Shown here: positions 42,343 to 51,430 of the stretch, piece after piece
How positions within the stretch are numbered: position 1 is the first letter of the stretch
Layout: the number at the start of each line of letters is the position of its first letter
DNA from: an uncultured Bacteroidia bacterium
GTDB taxonomy: Bacteria > Bacteroidota > Bacteroidia > NS11-12g > UBA955
Assembly: GCA_943788195.1 (NCBI GenBank)
Contig: CALSPH010000001.1
Span: 59,673-123,672, forward strand
Reading direction: 5' to 3'
DNA: 64,000 nt
Made by a program: the position numbers and the translations under genes
Notes under the pieces: generated by a model
Database searches by the model: none
Seen by the model: only the letters and a program-made list of their open reading frames with translations
What the model was told of the DNA's origin: nothing

Positions 42343-42819
42343 TCTGGTGATCAAAATGATTATGTTGCTGTTTCCATGGAACACTGGGGGACGAATTTAA
42401 ATCGTTATATCAACAAAAAAACTACCATCGGCTTAGCTATAGAGTCTGTTGAAGACAGTACCAAAATGAACATTAAGGTTTTTGTACGCGGGAATGGGTT
42501 TGACAACTCTAAATCCTATAAATTGACCGTTTATATTATTGAGGACAATATTAGTACAGACAATCAAGTTGGAAAACCAGCAGGTTTCAAACATCAAATG
42601 GTGTTAAGAGGCAGTCTTACCAATGCGATTGGGGACGACATTAAGTTAAAAGAAAATGTGACCTTGGAAAAGGAATACTCGTTTAGTTTAAGCGGTTCCT
42701 TTGTTGTAGACAACCTAAAAATATTGGCCTTTGTAAATACAGTTGGTGGAACAACATCTGATCGATTAATTCATAACGCACAACAAGTAAAGGCAGGTAA
42801 AACAGCTAATTGGGATTAA
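42343..42819 (+). pseudogene. C-terminal portion of an Omp28-related outer-membrane lipoprotein, truncated at its 5' end by IS3 copy 2
   Basis: The reading frame is open right from the IS boundary (SGDQNDYVAVSMEHWG...). LTVYIIEDNI...HQMVLRG resembles the Omp28 family. No signal peptide or start remains. Confidence 0.4.
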
Positions 42820-43469
42820 TTCTTTTCTAGAATCCGATATAACAATTCGGTCATTATTACGCTAAAGATGGTTAAAGCTAGCATGATTAGCCACTCTCTA
42901 GAAACTTGTTGAAATGCCAAACCGTCAATCGCTTTTTTACTGGAAGCTAAACCCACAATTAATATGGGTATTATCACCGGCAAGCTAATTACAGGTATAA
43001 TAAGAAAAGCACTTCCTACACTTTTTACTAAGGCAGACATTAAAGTAAATGTACTCGACAAACCTAAACCAGCAATAACCACTGTAATTAGATAAAGCAC
43101 ACTGCTACCTTCAAATCCATTGATTAACACATTAAAAAATAGCCAAATTAACACAGTAATTAGCACCATTAGGCCAAAATTATAAATCAATCTTGCTCGG
43201 ATAATTACTTGACTTGGTATGAGTTGAGCATAATAATTTTGCAGCCCTGGGGATTCTGAAATAAAGCCTTTTGTAATGGCATTTAAGGATGAGAAAACTA
43301 AAATAATCCAGAACAAACTATTCTGAATAGCCAGGTTCATTGCGGGAATCGCCAGATACACAATAAATGTAGCGGTTAGAATCTGAATCAAGATTCCAGC
43401 GAACGTAAATTTGTTCCGCCATTCCAACGTTAAATCCTTTTTAATTACGGTGATAATTTGTTTCAGCAA
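42816..43469 (-). CDS. ABC-2/CcmB-like six-TM permease (heme-exporter-B-like)
   Basis: 217 aa and very hydrophobic. The N-terminus MLKQIITVIKKDLTLEWRNK resembles CcmB-family permeases. Confidence 0.4.
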   Translation of the reverse strand: MLKQIITVIKKDLTLEWRNKFTFAGILIQILTATFIVYLAIPAMNLAIQNSLFWIILVFSSLNAITKGFISESPGLQNYYAQLIPSQVIIRARLIYNFGLMVLITVLIWLFFNVLINGFEGSSVLYLITVVIAGLGLSSTFTLMSALVKSVGSAFLIIPVISLPVIIPILIVGLASSKKAIDGLAFQQVSREWLIMLALTIFSVIMTELLYRILEKN

Positions 43470-43521
43470 AATGCAATTTAATGTATCTTCGCAAAGGTAT
43501 ATATATTATAAGTGAAAATAC

Positions 43522-43995
43522 ATGTTAGACAATTTAACACAGCTTAATCAAGAAGAAAAAGATTTACTAATTGCTGCTCCAACCTTTGTAGCAGCATTAA
43601 TTGGAGGTGCCGATGGCAATTTCACAGATGATGAAATTGAACGTGCGGCTGAAGTAATTCATATCAAAACATTTTCAGAAAAACATGAACATGTACGGGA
43701 AATTTATGAGTTATTGGACCATTCTCAAACGGAACAAGACTTAGTAAGTTTGATGGTTTCTCTGCCTAAAACTGCGAAAGAGAGAAATCTTTACCTTTCC
43801 ACTGAATTAGAACAGTTAAATGGGATACTGCCTAAGCTCAACTATTCCTTTAGCATAAGATACTACAAAAGCTTGCGTCAAATTGCCCATTTAGTGGCCA
43901 ATGCAGATGGCGGATTTTGGGGTATGGGTGCTATGCATGAAGCCGAACGAGTTTTTGTAAAGCTTCCTATGTTGATTGAACCCAAAAAAGACTAA
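43522..43995 (+). CDS. hypothetical protein with two TerB-like ADG...E.ER half-repeats
   Basis: The internal duplication AALIGGADGNFTDDEIERAAEV / AHLVANADGGFWGMGAMHEAERVF is seen directly in the sequence. Confidence 0.3.
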   Translation: MLDNLTQLNQEEKDLLIAAPTFVAALIGGADGNFTDDEIERAAEVIHIKTFSEKHEHVREIYELLDHSQTEQDLVSLMVSLPKTAKERNLYLSTELEQLNGILPKLNYSFSIRYYKSLRQIAHLVANADGGFWGMGAMHEAERVFVKLPMLIEPKKD

Positions 43996-43998
43996 AGT

Positions 43999-45489
43999 AT
44001 GTTTTCAAAAGTTTTAATAGCCAATCGTGGTGAAATTGCAATACGGGTAATCCGTACCTGCCGTGATATGGGCATTAAAACCGTAGCCATTTTTTCTACT
44101 GCTGACCGCAAAGCACTGCATGTAACTATGGCTGATGAAGCCTATTGCGTTGGTGGACCTGCTTCTGCTGATTCATATTTGCAAATGGACAAAATCATTG
44201 CCCTGTGTAAACAGACAGGCGCTGAGGCTGTGCACCCAGGGTATGGTTTTCTATCGGAAAATGCTGTTTTTGCAAATAAACTCAAAGATCAACAAATTAC
44301 ATTAATAGGCCCTTCTGCAGAAAGCATGCAAGTTATGGGAAGCAAGCTAGCTGCAAAGGATGCGGTAGCTTCTTATAACGTGCCAATGGTTCCTGGTGTC
44401 AATAAAGCAATTGATGATATAGAGCATGCTAAACAGACAGCCATTGATATTGGATTTCCAATACTAATTAAAGCATCAGCTGGTGGCGGTGGCAAAGGAA
44501 TGCGTCTCGTAGAAAAAGTTGAGGAATTTGAGAATGCCATGAAAATGGCCCAAAGTGAAGCAATCTCTAGTTTTGGAGATGGAGCCGTTTTCGTTGAGAA
44601 GTTTGTGACCAAGCCTCGGCATATCGAAATTCAAGTTATGGCAGATAACCATGGCAATGTGGTTCACCTGTTTGAACGGGAATGTAGCATTCAAAGAAGA
44701 CATCAAAAACTGGTGGAGGAAGCACCTAGTGCTGTCCTTACTCCTGAACTCAGAGCACAAATGGGTGCATCTGCGGTGAGTGTAGCCAAGGCATGTAATT
44801 ATAGTGGAGCGGGTACGGTAGAATTTTTACTGGATGCCGATCTGAATTTCTACTTCCTTGAAATGAATACACGTCTGCAGGTAGAACATCCTGTAACAGA
44901 ATTAATCACAGGTGTGGATTTGGTACGCGAACAATTAAATGTTGCCGCAGGGAATCCGCTTTCCTTTAGTCAAGAAGATTTAAAAATTACTGGACATAGC
45001 ATCGAGTTGCGGGTTTGTGCAGAAGATCCCTACAATAATTTCTTACCCGATATTGGTAAACTTACACGATATCAAATACCAAAAGGAAACGGTGTTAGAG
45101 TAGATGATTGTGTTGAAGAAGGAATGGAAATTCCCATCTACTATGACAATATGATTGCCAAATTAGTAGTGCATGGGAAGGATAGAAAAGAGGCCATTGC
45201 TCGTTTGAAAAGAGCTATTTCTGAATACCATATTCAAGGCATCAAAACCACCTTACATTTTGGCACTTTTGTGATGAATCATGAGGCATTCATTTCTGGT
45301 AACTTTGATACGGGTTTTATCGGTAAATATTTTACGGGTTCAGCAGAAGATAAACTAAATAAAAGCGAGCAGATAGCTGCTTCAGTTGCTGCTTTGACCG
45401 CTTTAAAATCCCATAAAGGAGTGAGTAATGTTGATCCAAGTAGCAATTCTGAAGGTCAGAATGCCTGGTTAAAAAACCGCAGGGCATAA
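43999..45489 (+). CDS. accC: acetyl-CoA carboxylase biotin carboxylase subunit
   Basis: MFSKVLIANRGEIAIRVIRTCRDMGIKTVAI plus an ATP-grasp domain, 496 aa. Confidence 0.9.
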   Translation: MFSKVLIANRGEIAIRVIRTCRDMGIKTVAIFSTADRKALHVTMADEAYCVGGPASADSYLQMDKIIALCKQTGAEAVHPGYGFLSENAVFANKLKDQQITLIGPSAESMQVMGSKLAAKDAVASYNVPMVPGVNKAIDDIEHAKQTAIDIGFPILIKASAGGGGKGMRLVEKVEEFENAMKMAQSEAISSFGDGAVFVEKFVTKPRHIEIQVMADNHGNVVHLFERECSIQRRHQKLVEEAPSAVLTPELRAQMGASAVSVAKACNYSGAGTVEFLLDADLNFYFLEMNTRLQVEHPVTELITGVDLVREQLNVAAGNPLSFSQEDLKITGHSIELRVCAEDPYNNFLPDIGKLTRYQIPKGNGVRVDDCVEEGMEIPIYYDNMIAKLVVHGKDRKEAIARLKRAISEYHIQGIKTTLHFGTFVMNHEAFISGNFDTGFIGKYFTGSAEDKLNKSEQIAASVAALTALKSHKGVSNVDPSSNSEGQNAWLKNRRA

Positions 45490-45492
45490 AAA

Positions 45493-45520
45493 AGGTCCCG
45501 GACTTAAAAAGCACCGGGAC
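45493..45520 (+). terminator. GC-rich hairpin GGTCCCGG-N12-CCGGGACC immediately 3' of accC
   Basis: A perfect 8-bp stem is seen in the sequence. It lacks a clear U-tract, so terminator function is inferred. Confidence 0.4.
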
Positions 45521-45629
45521 CAATAACCAAATTAAACAATGAAAAAACTACCTAATTAGATAATCTTTGATACTTAGACGTTTCAAACGCCAAAAAAGTC
45601 TTTAAATTTGTCATATTATTCACATAAAA

Positions 45630-46628
45630 ATGAAAGGGCATTATAATCAACTACTTGCATTCCTGTTTTTTTTAGCAATACTGATTGGCCCAGGATACAA
45701 TACCTATGTGCACTATGATTTTAGTCACACAACCATCGATACCAAAGCTTATTTAAATGTTGCCAATGGCAATTTAAAAGAAGCAACAATTACACATCGC
45801 TATCGGGTGATCGTTCCCTTTATTTCGAAAGTAGTTAGCTATCCCATTGAAAAAATATACCAAAAGCTTTGGCCACATCGAGCAGAAAGTACATGGCCTT
45901 TGCAATTGGCATTTTTCTTGGTGAACTCGCTCATACTCGCTTTGGCCATGTTGTTACTTTATCATTGGCTAAACAATTTGAAATTAGGTCCAAAAAAATG
46001 GATAGCACTACTTGCATGTGTTGCAGTTTTCTCAGGCCGATGGTACAATTATATGGCTGGCTTGCCTTTAACGGACAGTATGTACGTGTTGCTTATTATA
46101 ACCACTTGTATCGCTATTCAGCGGCAATCTTGGGCATGGACTCTCTTTTGCATCTTTCTGGGCCCTTGGGCTAAAGAAAGCTATTTGTTTGTTGCACCCT
46201 TGCTTTTCTTTTTTGGACCCATGAAATGGAAACAAATCCCCTTTTGGATTACCAGTGGACTGCTTGTTTTTGGAGCCCGTTATGCCATTGATCAGCACAT
46301 AGGAATAGAAGCCACCAAAAGTATATCTGAATATTCGGGGCACTTCAATGATATTGTTTATACATTCAAAAAACTGGCTTCGGTAAGAGGCTTGGGTGAA
46401 TTATTCACCGTTTTAGGCATATTTACTTTTATGGTGATTTGGGTTTTCTGGAAAAAAGAAATGCGGAAATTGATACCTGGATATGTACTCTGGTTATTGC
46501 CCATTTTCCTCTTCCATGCTTTTCTAAGTGGCGAGGCTGCCCGCATGTTGGCATTTGCTACTCCGCTTTGGGCCTTGTGTTTGTTTTTAGGTTTTGGTGC
46601 CTTGAGTAAACGGTTGAAGATTTATTAG
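45630..46628 (+). CDS. polytopic membrane protein of unknown function
   Basis: 332 aa with ~9 predicted TM helices and no recognisable motif. Confidence 0.35.
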   Translation: MKGHYNQLLAFLFFLAILIGPGYNTYVHYDFSHTTIDTKAYLNVANGNLKEATITHRYRVIVPFISKVVSYPIEKIYQKLWPHRAESTWPLQLAFFLVNSLILALAMLLLYHWLNNLKLGPKKWIALLACVAVFSGRWYNYMAGLPLTDSMYVLLIITTCIAIQRQSWAWTLFCIFLGPWAKESYLFVAPLLFFFGPMKWKQIPFWITSGLLVFGARYAIDQHIGIEATKSISEYSGHFNDIVYTFKKLASVRGLGELFTVLGIFTFMVIWVFWKKEMRKLIPGYVLWLLPIFLFHAFLSGEAARMLAFATPLWALCLFLGFGALSKRLKIY

Positions 46629-46752
46629 GCTTCGACTCCGCTCAGCCTGACTCTCCTTTTGAACATGACTCACCGCTGGTATTTGAATAGCCCGCAGTAT
46701 AGATTTATTGTTCCAAAATCAAGATGCAGTCATAGTGAGCGGAGTCGAAGCC
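46628..46752. repeat. 17-bp perfect inverted repeat (GGCTTCGACTCCGCTCA / TGAGCGGAGTCGAAGCC) bracketing a 91-bp spacer between convergent genes
   Basis: Read directly from the sequence. It could be a long-stem bidirectional terminator or a MITE/REP-like element. Confidence 0.5.
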
Positions 46753-46772
46753 CGAGTGAGCGAATGTACCCT

Positions 46773-47537
46773 CTAAATCTCCCCCTCAAAAACAAATTCG
46801 GCTGGGCCAATTAATTGAATATCAGTATAACCAACTGATCCAGCATAATTGAACTTCACTTGCAAATCACCTCCAACCGCTTCCACTTCTTTTACAAAGC
46901 TGCCGTCTCCTTCGTTTAATATTTGATGATGACTTATGGCTGCAGCAGTCACTCCAGTTCCACAACTCAAGGTTTCGTCCTCTACCCCACGCTCATAGGT
47001 GCGTATTTTCAACCCTTTATCCTTTAATTCAATGAAATTCACATTAATTCCATCTTGCTTGTACGGTTCATTATATCTTACTTCTTGTGCATCTCCTACC
47101 AAATCTATTTCTTTTATGTCAGAAACTTGTTTTACATAATGCGGTGAACCTGTGTCTAAAACAAAAGCCTCTTGGTCTCTAGCTATATCCATAACTGGAT
47201 TCATTCCTAAACTGACCCTTCCGTCAGGATGAACTCTTGCTTCATGTTCACCATCAATGGCAATAAAGCGTGTGTCAATATCTATAATTCCTAAGTGTTT
47301 GGCAAAGGCAACAATGCATCTACCGCCATTACCACACATGCTGCTGATATTTCCATCGCTATTGTAATAAACCATCTCAAAATCATACCCTGCTTTATTT
47401 TGAAGCAACATTAAACCATCCGCACCTATTCCAAACCTTCGATCACACAATTGTGCTACATTGCCTTGAAAATTCAATGCGCGATTATCAATCAATATGA
47501 AATCATTCCCGGTTCCTTGATATTTAAAAAATTGCAT
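46773..47537 (-). CDS. dapF: diaminopimelate epimerase
   Basis: MQFFKYQGTGNDFILIDNR N-terminus and catalytic Cys regions (CGNGGRC, SCGTG). Confidence 0.9.
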   Translation of the reverse strand: MQFFKYQGTGNDFILIDNRALNFQGNVAQLCDRRFGIGADGLMLLQNKAGYDFEMVYYNSDGNISSMCGNGGRCIVAFAKHLGIIDIDTRFIAIDGEHEARVHPDGRVSLGMNPVMDIARDQEAFVLDTGSPHYVKQVSDIKEIDLVGDAQEVRYNEPYKQDGINVNFIELKDKGLKIRTYERGVEDETLSCGTGVTAAAISHHQILNEGDGSFVKEVEAVGGDLQVKFNYAGSVGYTDIQLIGPAEFVFEGEI

Positions 47538-48676
47538 TATTGGCTTAATGTACTAATTAGATTCTGATCCGTTAATTTATTGAATCGCAAATATTGTGTG
47601 GTTGGAATCATCTTATAATAATCTGTCCCATTTTTTAAGTAAAGCACATTTTGATATTTAAGCAAAGTGCTTTTGGTTTCTTTTAAACCATACACAATGA
47701 TCTTTTTTAAACGCTCGTCATAGTTATACCCCTTATAGTTTAGTGGCGATTTATAATACTCCACTGATATCCTTTCTGCTTTCTCTTGTTTCGAAACTGA
47801 GTCCCTTAATTCAACCCTAAGTTTTTCTTTGTTTGCCTTCACCGCACTATCTACAGGCGCTAAATCAGCTGAGGTGGCAACATTATCTACACTTCGCGAT
47901 TTGGCCCTTACTTTCTTGACTTCAGCTTTGTCTAAACTTACATTGCTCTGTGTACTTATGGGAGCCATTTTCACATAATCCAGTTGCTTGATTTGCACCG
48001 TTTCTTTTGATAGAAGCCGATCTTTAGCTATGGTGACTTCATCTAAATCATCTTCCGCATCAAACCTTCTGTTTTCATCCTCATTCATTTCAGGTTTAGC
48101 AGCATTACTATTTGCATCGCCTGCCGATTCCAAATCATGTTTAAAATCAAATGTTTCTTCCGCATCATCAGCCACCTCCAATGCCTTACTTTCTAATGTC
48201 GGGACTAAACTGTCTGGAGGAATTTCACGGAGTTCGTCATTTGCGTATTCCTTGGTTTTATCCCGTTCCGAATTCAGTTTATTGCGATCCTCAATTTCAG
48301 CTGGTGCGTTATTTTTAGAATCTTCCAACTCACTATCCTGCTTTGCCAATTGATTGGAAGGATTATTCATGCGATACGTTGCCAAAAGAACCACCAGGAA
48401 TCCAAGGGTAACAATTGCTGCACTGGCAATGGTAAATTTCCGCCCCCAGGTATTGTTCCCAATAAAAGTATCTTGCCGTTGCTGTGCTAGTATTGCTCTA
48501 AATCGCGCTTCTTTTTCCGAAGTAATGCCTTCGGTAATCAATTGGTGCAATTCGAACTCACTTGCCAAGGTTTCATCCGTTGCCAAGGCAGATTCAAAAA
48601 GCAATCGCTCTTCTGAATCCATTGTACCCCTAATATAGGCGTCAAACTTCTCTATTTCCTCTCTACTTGCTTTCAT
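47537..48676 (-). CDS. putative anti-sigma factor, a single-pass membrane protein paired with the upstream ECF sigma
   Basis: Its stop overlaps the sigma-factor start. It has one TM helix (IASAAIVTLGFLVVLLATY) at ~80-100 aa and an acidic, low-complexity periplasmic region. Confidence 0.4.
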   Translation of the reverse strand: MKASREEIEKFDAYIRGTMDSEERLLFESALATDETLASEFELHQLITEGITSEKEARFRAILAQQRQDTFIGNNTWGRKFTIASAAIVTLGFLVVLLATYRMNNPSNQLAKQDSELEDSKNNAPAEIEDRNKLNSERDKTKEYANDELREIPPDSLVPTLESKALEVADDAEETFDFKHDLESAGDANSNAAKPEMNEDENRRFDAEDDLDEVTIAKDRLLSKETVQIKQLDYVKMAPISTQSNVSLDKAEVKKVRAKSRSVDNVATSADLAPVDSAVKANKEKLRVELRDSVSKQEKAERISVEYYKSPLNYKGYNYDERLKKIIVYGLKETKSTLLKYQNVLYLKNGTDYYKMIPTTQYLRFNKLTDQNLISTLSQ

Positions 48677-49248
48677 CCCTTAAAGTCTGATTCTGTATAA
48701 CGCTCATAAAAAATGACTTTGAGCTTTTTTAAACATTGGTACTTTTTTGCTTTTACCACATCTGGATTTGAAAAATCCATCCGTTCGGCAATGCTTATAT
48801 TATCCATTTGCTCAAAATAAAATAGTCCCAAAAGTTCTTTGCATGTGTCTCCTATTTCATTCAATAAGTTTCGCACTACATTCAGGTCCATTTGGCGTGA
48901 TGTATTTTGCTCTACACTTGCGCTGGCAAATTGCAATGTTTCATCATCCACCGTATCCACCTTTTTATTCTTCCGTATTTTTTTAAGCCAAAGATTTTTA
49001 ACAATAGCCATAAAGTATGTGGTCAATTTAGACTTGAGTACAAAATCACTTTTGCTCACATTCTTCCAAACAGCAATGACACCATCCTGCAACATATCGT
49101 CCACATCTTGCAATGATCCACTATTATCTATGACATATTTTCGTACCATACTGTAATTTTGTCGGTATAAATATTTCAGGGCTTCTTCATTTCCTTGTCG
49201 TATCAAATCCAGAACTTCTTCGTCTGATTTATTTTGCCAAAGCCACAT
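48673..49248 (-). CDS. ECF-subfamily RNA polymerase sigma-70 factor
   Basis: Region 2 (ALKYLYRQNYSMVRKYV...DGVIAVWKN) and a region-4 HTH (ISIAERMDFSNPDVVKAKKYQCLKKL). Confidence 0.8.
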   Translation of the reverse strand: MWLWQNKSDEEVLDLIRQGNEEALKYLYRQNYSMVRKYVIDNSGSLQDVDDMLQDGVIAVWKNVSKSDFVLKSKLTTYFMAIVKNLWLKKIRKNKKVDTVDDETLQFASASVEQNTSRQMDLNVVRNLLNEIGDTCKELLGLFYFEQMDNISIAERMDFSNPDVVKAKKYQCLKKLKVIFYERYTESDFKG

Positions 49249-49392
49249 TATATTTTACAGATGGTTAATACTACTTAATCGAGAAAGGTAAACGCCACAC
49301 AATCAAAACTACCTAACTTCGTTACAAAGGTATGCATTTTGCATGGCTTAGATAAAAGACAATACAAGAAGAAAATTATATAGATTAAGATT

Positions 49393-50871
49393 ATGAAACA
49401 ATTTAAGAAGTACATCGTATTAGGATTAATAGCTGTAGCAGGAGGATTTGTTGCGCTCACATTAAACAATTGGATGAATGGTAAAAAAGGAGATACGTTT
49501 GAAGCGAAGCAAGCCAGTCATTTTAAATTTGCCAGTAGTGCAGAAAACGGACTTGAAAAACCCATTTTTGATTTTACCAAAGTAGCCGAAGTGGCCAACC
49601 CAGCTGTGGTACATATTCGTGTAAGAATAGAGAATCAGGCAAGCAAGCAACCCATGGAAGGAGCTGATATGTTTGAGTTCTTTAAAGACCATGGATTTAA
49701 CTTTGAAATGCCCAAACAGGGACCACGTGAAGGCTCGGGTAGTGGTGTAATTATTGCCCAAGACGGTTATATTATTACCAACAATCATGTGATTAATGGT
49801 GCTTCCAAAATAGATGTGGTGCTCAATGATAAACGTAGTTATGTTGCAGAACTAATTGGAGCAGATCCAAGCACAGACTTGGCATTACTAAAAATAAATG
49901 AAAACAGTCTCCCTTTTCTTTCATTCGGCAATTCAGATAATGTAAAAGTGGGCGAATGGGTAGTAGCTGTAGGTAACCCTTTTAACTTAACCAGCACAGT
50001 TACAGCGGGAATTGTAAGTGCCAAAGGAAGGAATATCGATTTGCTGCGTAGCAGTGGTAACCAATATGCTATAGAAAATTTTATACAAACCGATGCGGCC
50101 ATTAATCCTGGAAACAGCGGTGGGGCATTAGTGAATGCGCAAGGAGAATTAATCGGAATTAATACCGCAATCGCTTCTCAAACTGGAAGCTATGCAGGTT
50201 ATGGGTTTGCTGTACCTGTAAATATTGCCAAAAAAATCATGGATGATTTACTGAAATACGGACAGGTGCAACGCGCAGTTTTAGGGATTCAAATTCAAGA
50301 AATGACTGCTGCACTTGCAGAAGAAAAAGGATTTAAAGACCTGAAAGGGGTCTATATACCAGGTGTGTTGGAGAAAAGTGCTGCAGGTAAAGCGGGCTTA
50401 AAGAAAGGTGATATTATTCTTAAAATTAATGGAAAAGAGACCAACTCTCCAAGTGTCTTGCAAGAAATGATTGGCAAAATGCATCCTGGTGACAAAGTGA
50501 GCATTACATATCGTAGAGAGGGTTCTGTAAAAAGCACAGAAGCTACCTTATTAAACAAAGAAGGAAACCAAAAAATGGAAATTGCAGATAAAACAAGCTC
50601 TGGATTTTCAGCAGCAGGAATCACCTTTGAATCAGTAAGTCCTGATGTGCTTAAAAAGCTTGGATTGAAATATGGTGCTCAAATTTCCAAAGTAGAGGGT
50701 GCAAACAAAAAAATGCTTTCAGAAGGGTTCATTGTTACCCATATCAATAAACAACCGGTATACTCTGCAAGCAGTGCAAGCAAAATGTTAAAAGCCGCAA
50801 AAGGGGGAGTACTGCTTGAAGGCAAAAATGCAGATGGTTCTGACAATGTGGTTGGGATTAAAGTGAAGTAA
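49393..50871 (+). CDS. htrA: Do/DegP/DegQ-family periplasmic serine endoprotease with two PDZ domains
   Basis: A trypsin-like core (GSGVIIAQDGYIITNNHV, GNSGGALVN) is followed by PDZ regions, 492 aa. Confidence 0.85.
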   Translation: MKQFKKYIVLGLIAVAGGFVALTLNNWMNGKKGDTFEAKQASHFKFASSAENGLEKPIFDFTKVAEVANPAVVHIRVRIENQASKQPMEGADMFEFFKDHGFNFEMPKQGPREGSGSGVIIAQDGYIITNNHVINGASKIDVVLNDKRSYVAELIGADPSTDLALLKINENSLPFLSFGNSDNVKVGEWVVAVGNPFNLTSTVTAGIVSAKGRNIDLLRSSGNQYAIENFIQTDAAINPGNSGGALVNAQGELIGINTAIASQTGSYAGYGFAVPVNIAKKIMDDLLKYGQVQRAVLGIQIQEMTAALAEEKGFKDLKGVYIPGVLEKSAAGKAGLKKGDIILKINGKETNSPSVLQEMIGKMHPGDKVSITYRREGSVKSTEATLLNKEGNQKMEIADKTSSGFSAAGITFESVSPDVLKKLGLKYGAQISKVEGANKKMLSEGFIVTHINKQPVYSASSASKMLKAAKGGVLLEGKNADGSDNVVGIKVK

Positions 50872-50992
50872 TTTATATCAAAGTAAATGACCTCAGGCTT
50901 TCGAGTATTTATGGAAGTGCTGGAGCGCTAGGTATAAAACACCTATTTCACCCTAATTCAGTTACAAACAATTTTCGTAACTTTGTTTCACG

Positions 50993-51430
50993 ATGAATCA
51001 AGAGAGAGGTTTAGACGAGTTTAGCGTTTGTATACTTGAATCAAAAAGTCCAATTCTGGTTGAGGATTGTATCGCCATCAAACTAGACGGAGCATCCATT
51101 TCAACCATTCAAGAATTGCATGACGGACTTAAAGGTCCACTAAAATTTCCAGGTGATTACGCACACAGTTTAGATGCATTGTTTGATGTGCTAATTGATC
51201 TCGCTTGGCTAAACCGAAGACCCGTTCATTTAATAATAAACAATTTTGATTACCTGCTTGAGGCAGAATCTGCAGAACGAAAAATCCAAGGAATACTAAC
51301 CTTAATTGATGCTGGGAGAACATGGCTGCAATTAACCCAACAATCTGAGCTATTTCAAATCTCTGTAAAACAAAGCAATCATATTAAACCGATGCTTGAG
51401 ACCTGCGAAGTGCCGTATGTTACGATTTAG
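50993..51430 (+). CDS. barstar-like ribonuclease-inhibitor (immunity) protein
   Basis: LDGASISTIQELHDGLKGPLKFPGDYAHSLDALFDVLIDLAW follows the barstar pattern (LDG..I.s...lh..L...L.fP.YYG.NLDAL.DcL). No adjacent nuclease gene is present. Confidence 0.5.
   Translation: MNQERGLDEFSVCILESKSPILVEDCIAIKLDGASISTIQELHDGLKGPLKFPGDYAHSLDALFDVLIDLAWLNRRPVHLIINNFDYLLEAESAERKIQGILTLIDAGRTWLQLTQQSELFQISVKQSNHIKPMLETCEVPYVTI

Noticed and set aside
42816-43469. Confident assignment as the cytochrome-c maturation gene ccmB
   Set aside because: Only a generic CcmB/ABC-2 permease resemblance could be seen. No ccmA or ccmC neighbours are present, and Bacteroidota typically use system II, so this is kept as CcmB-like only.
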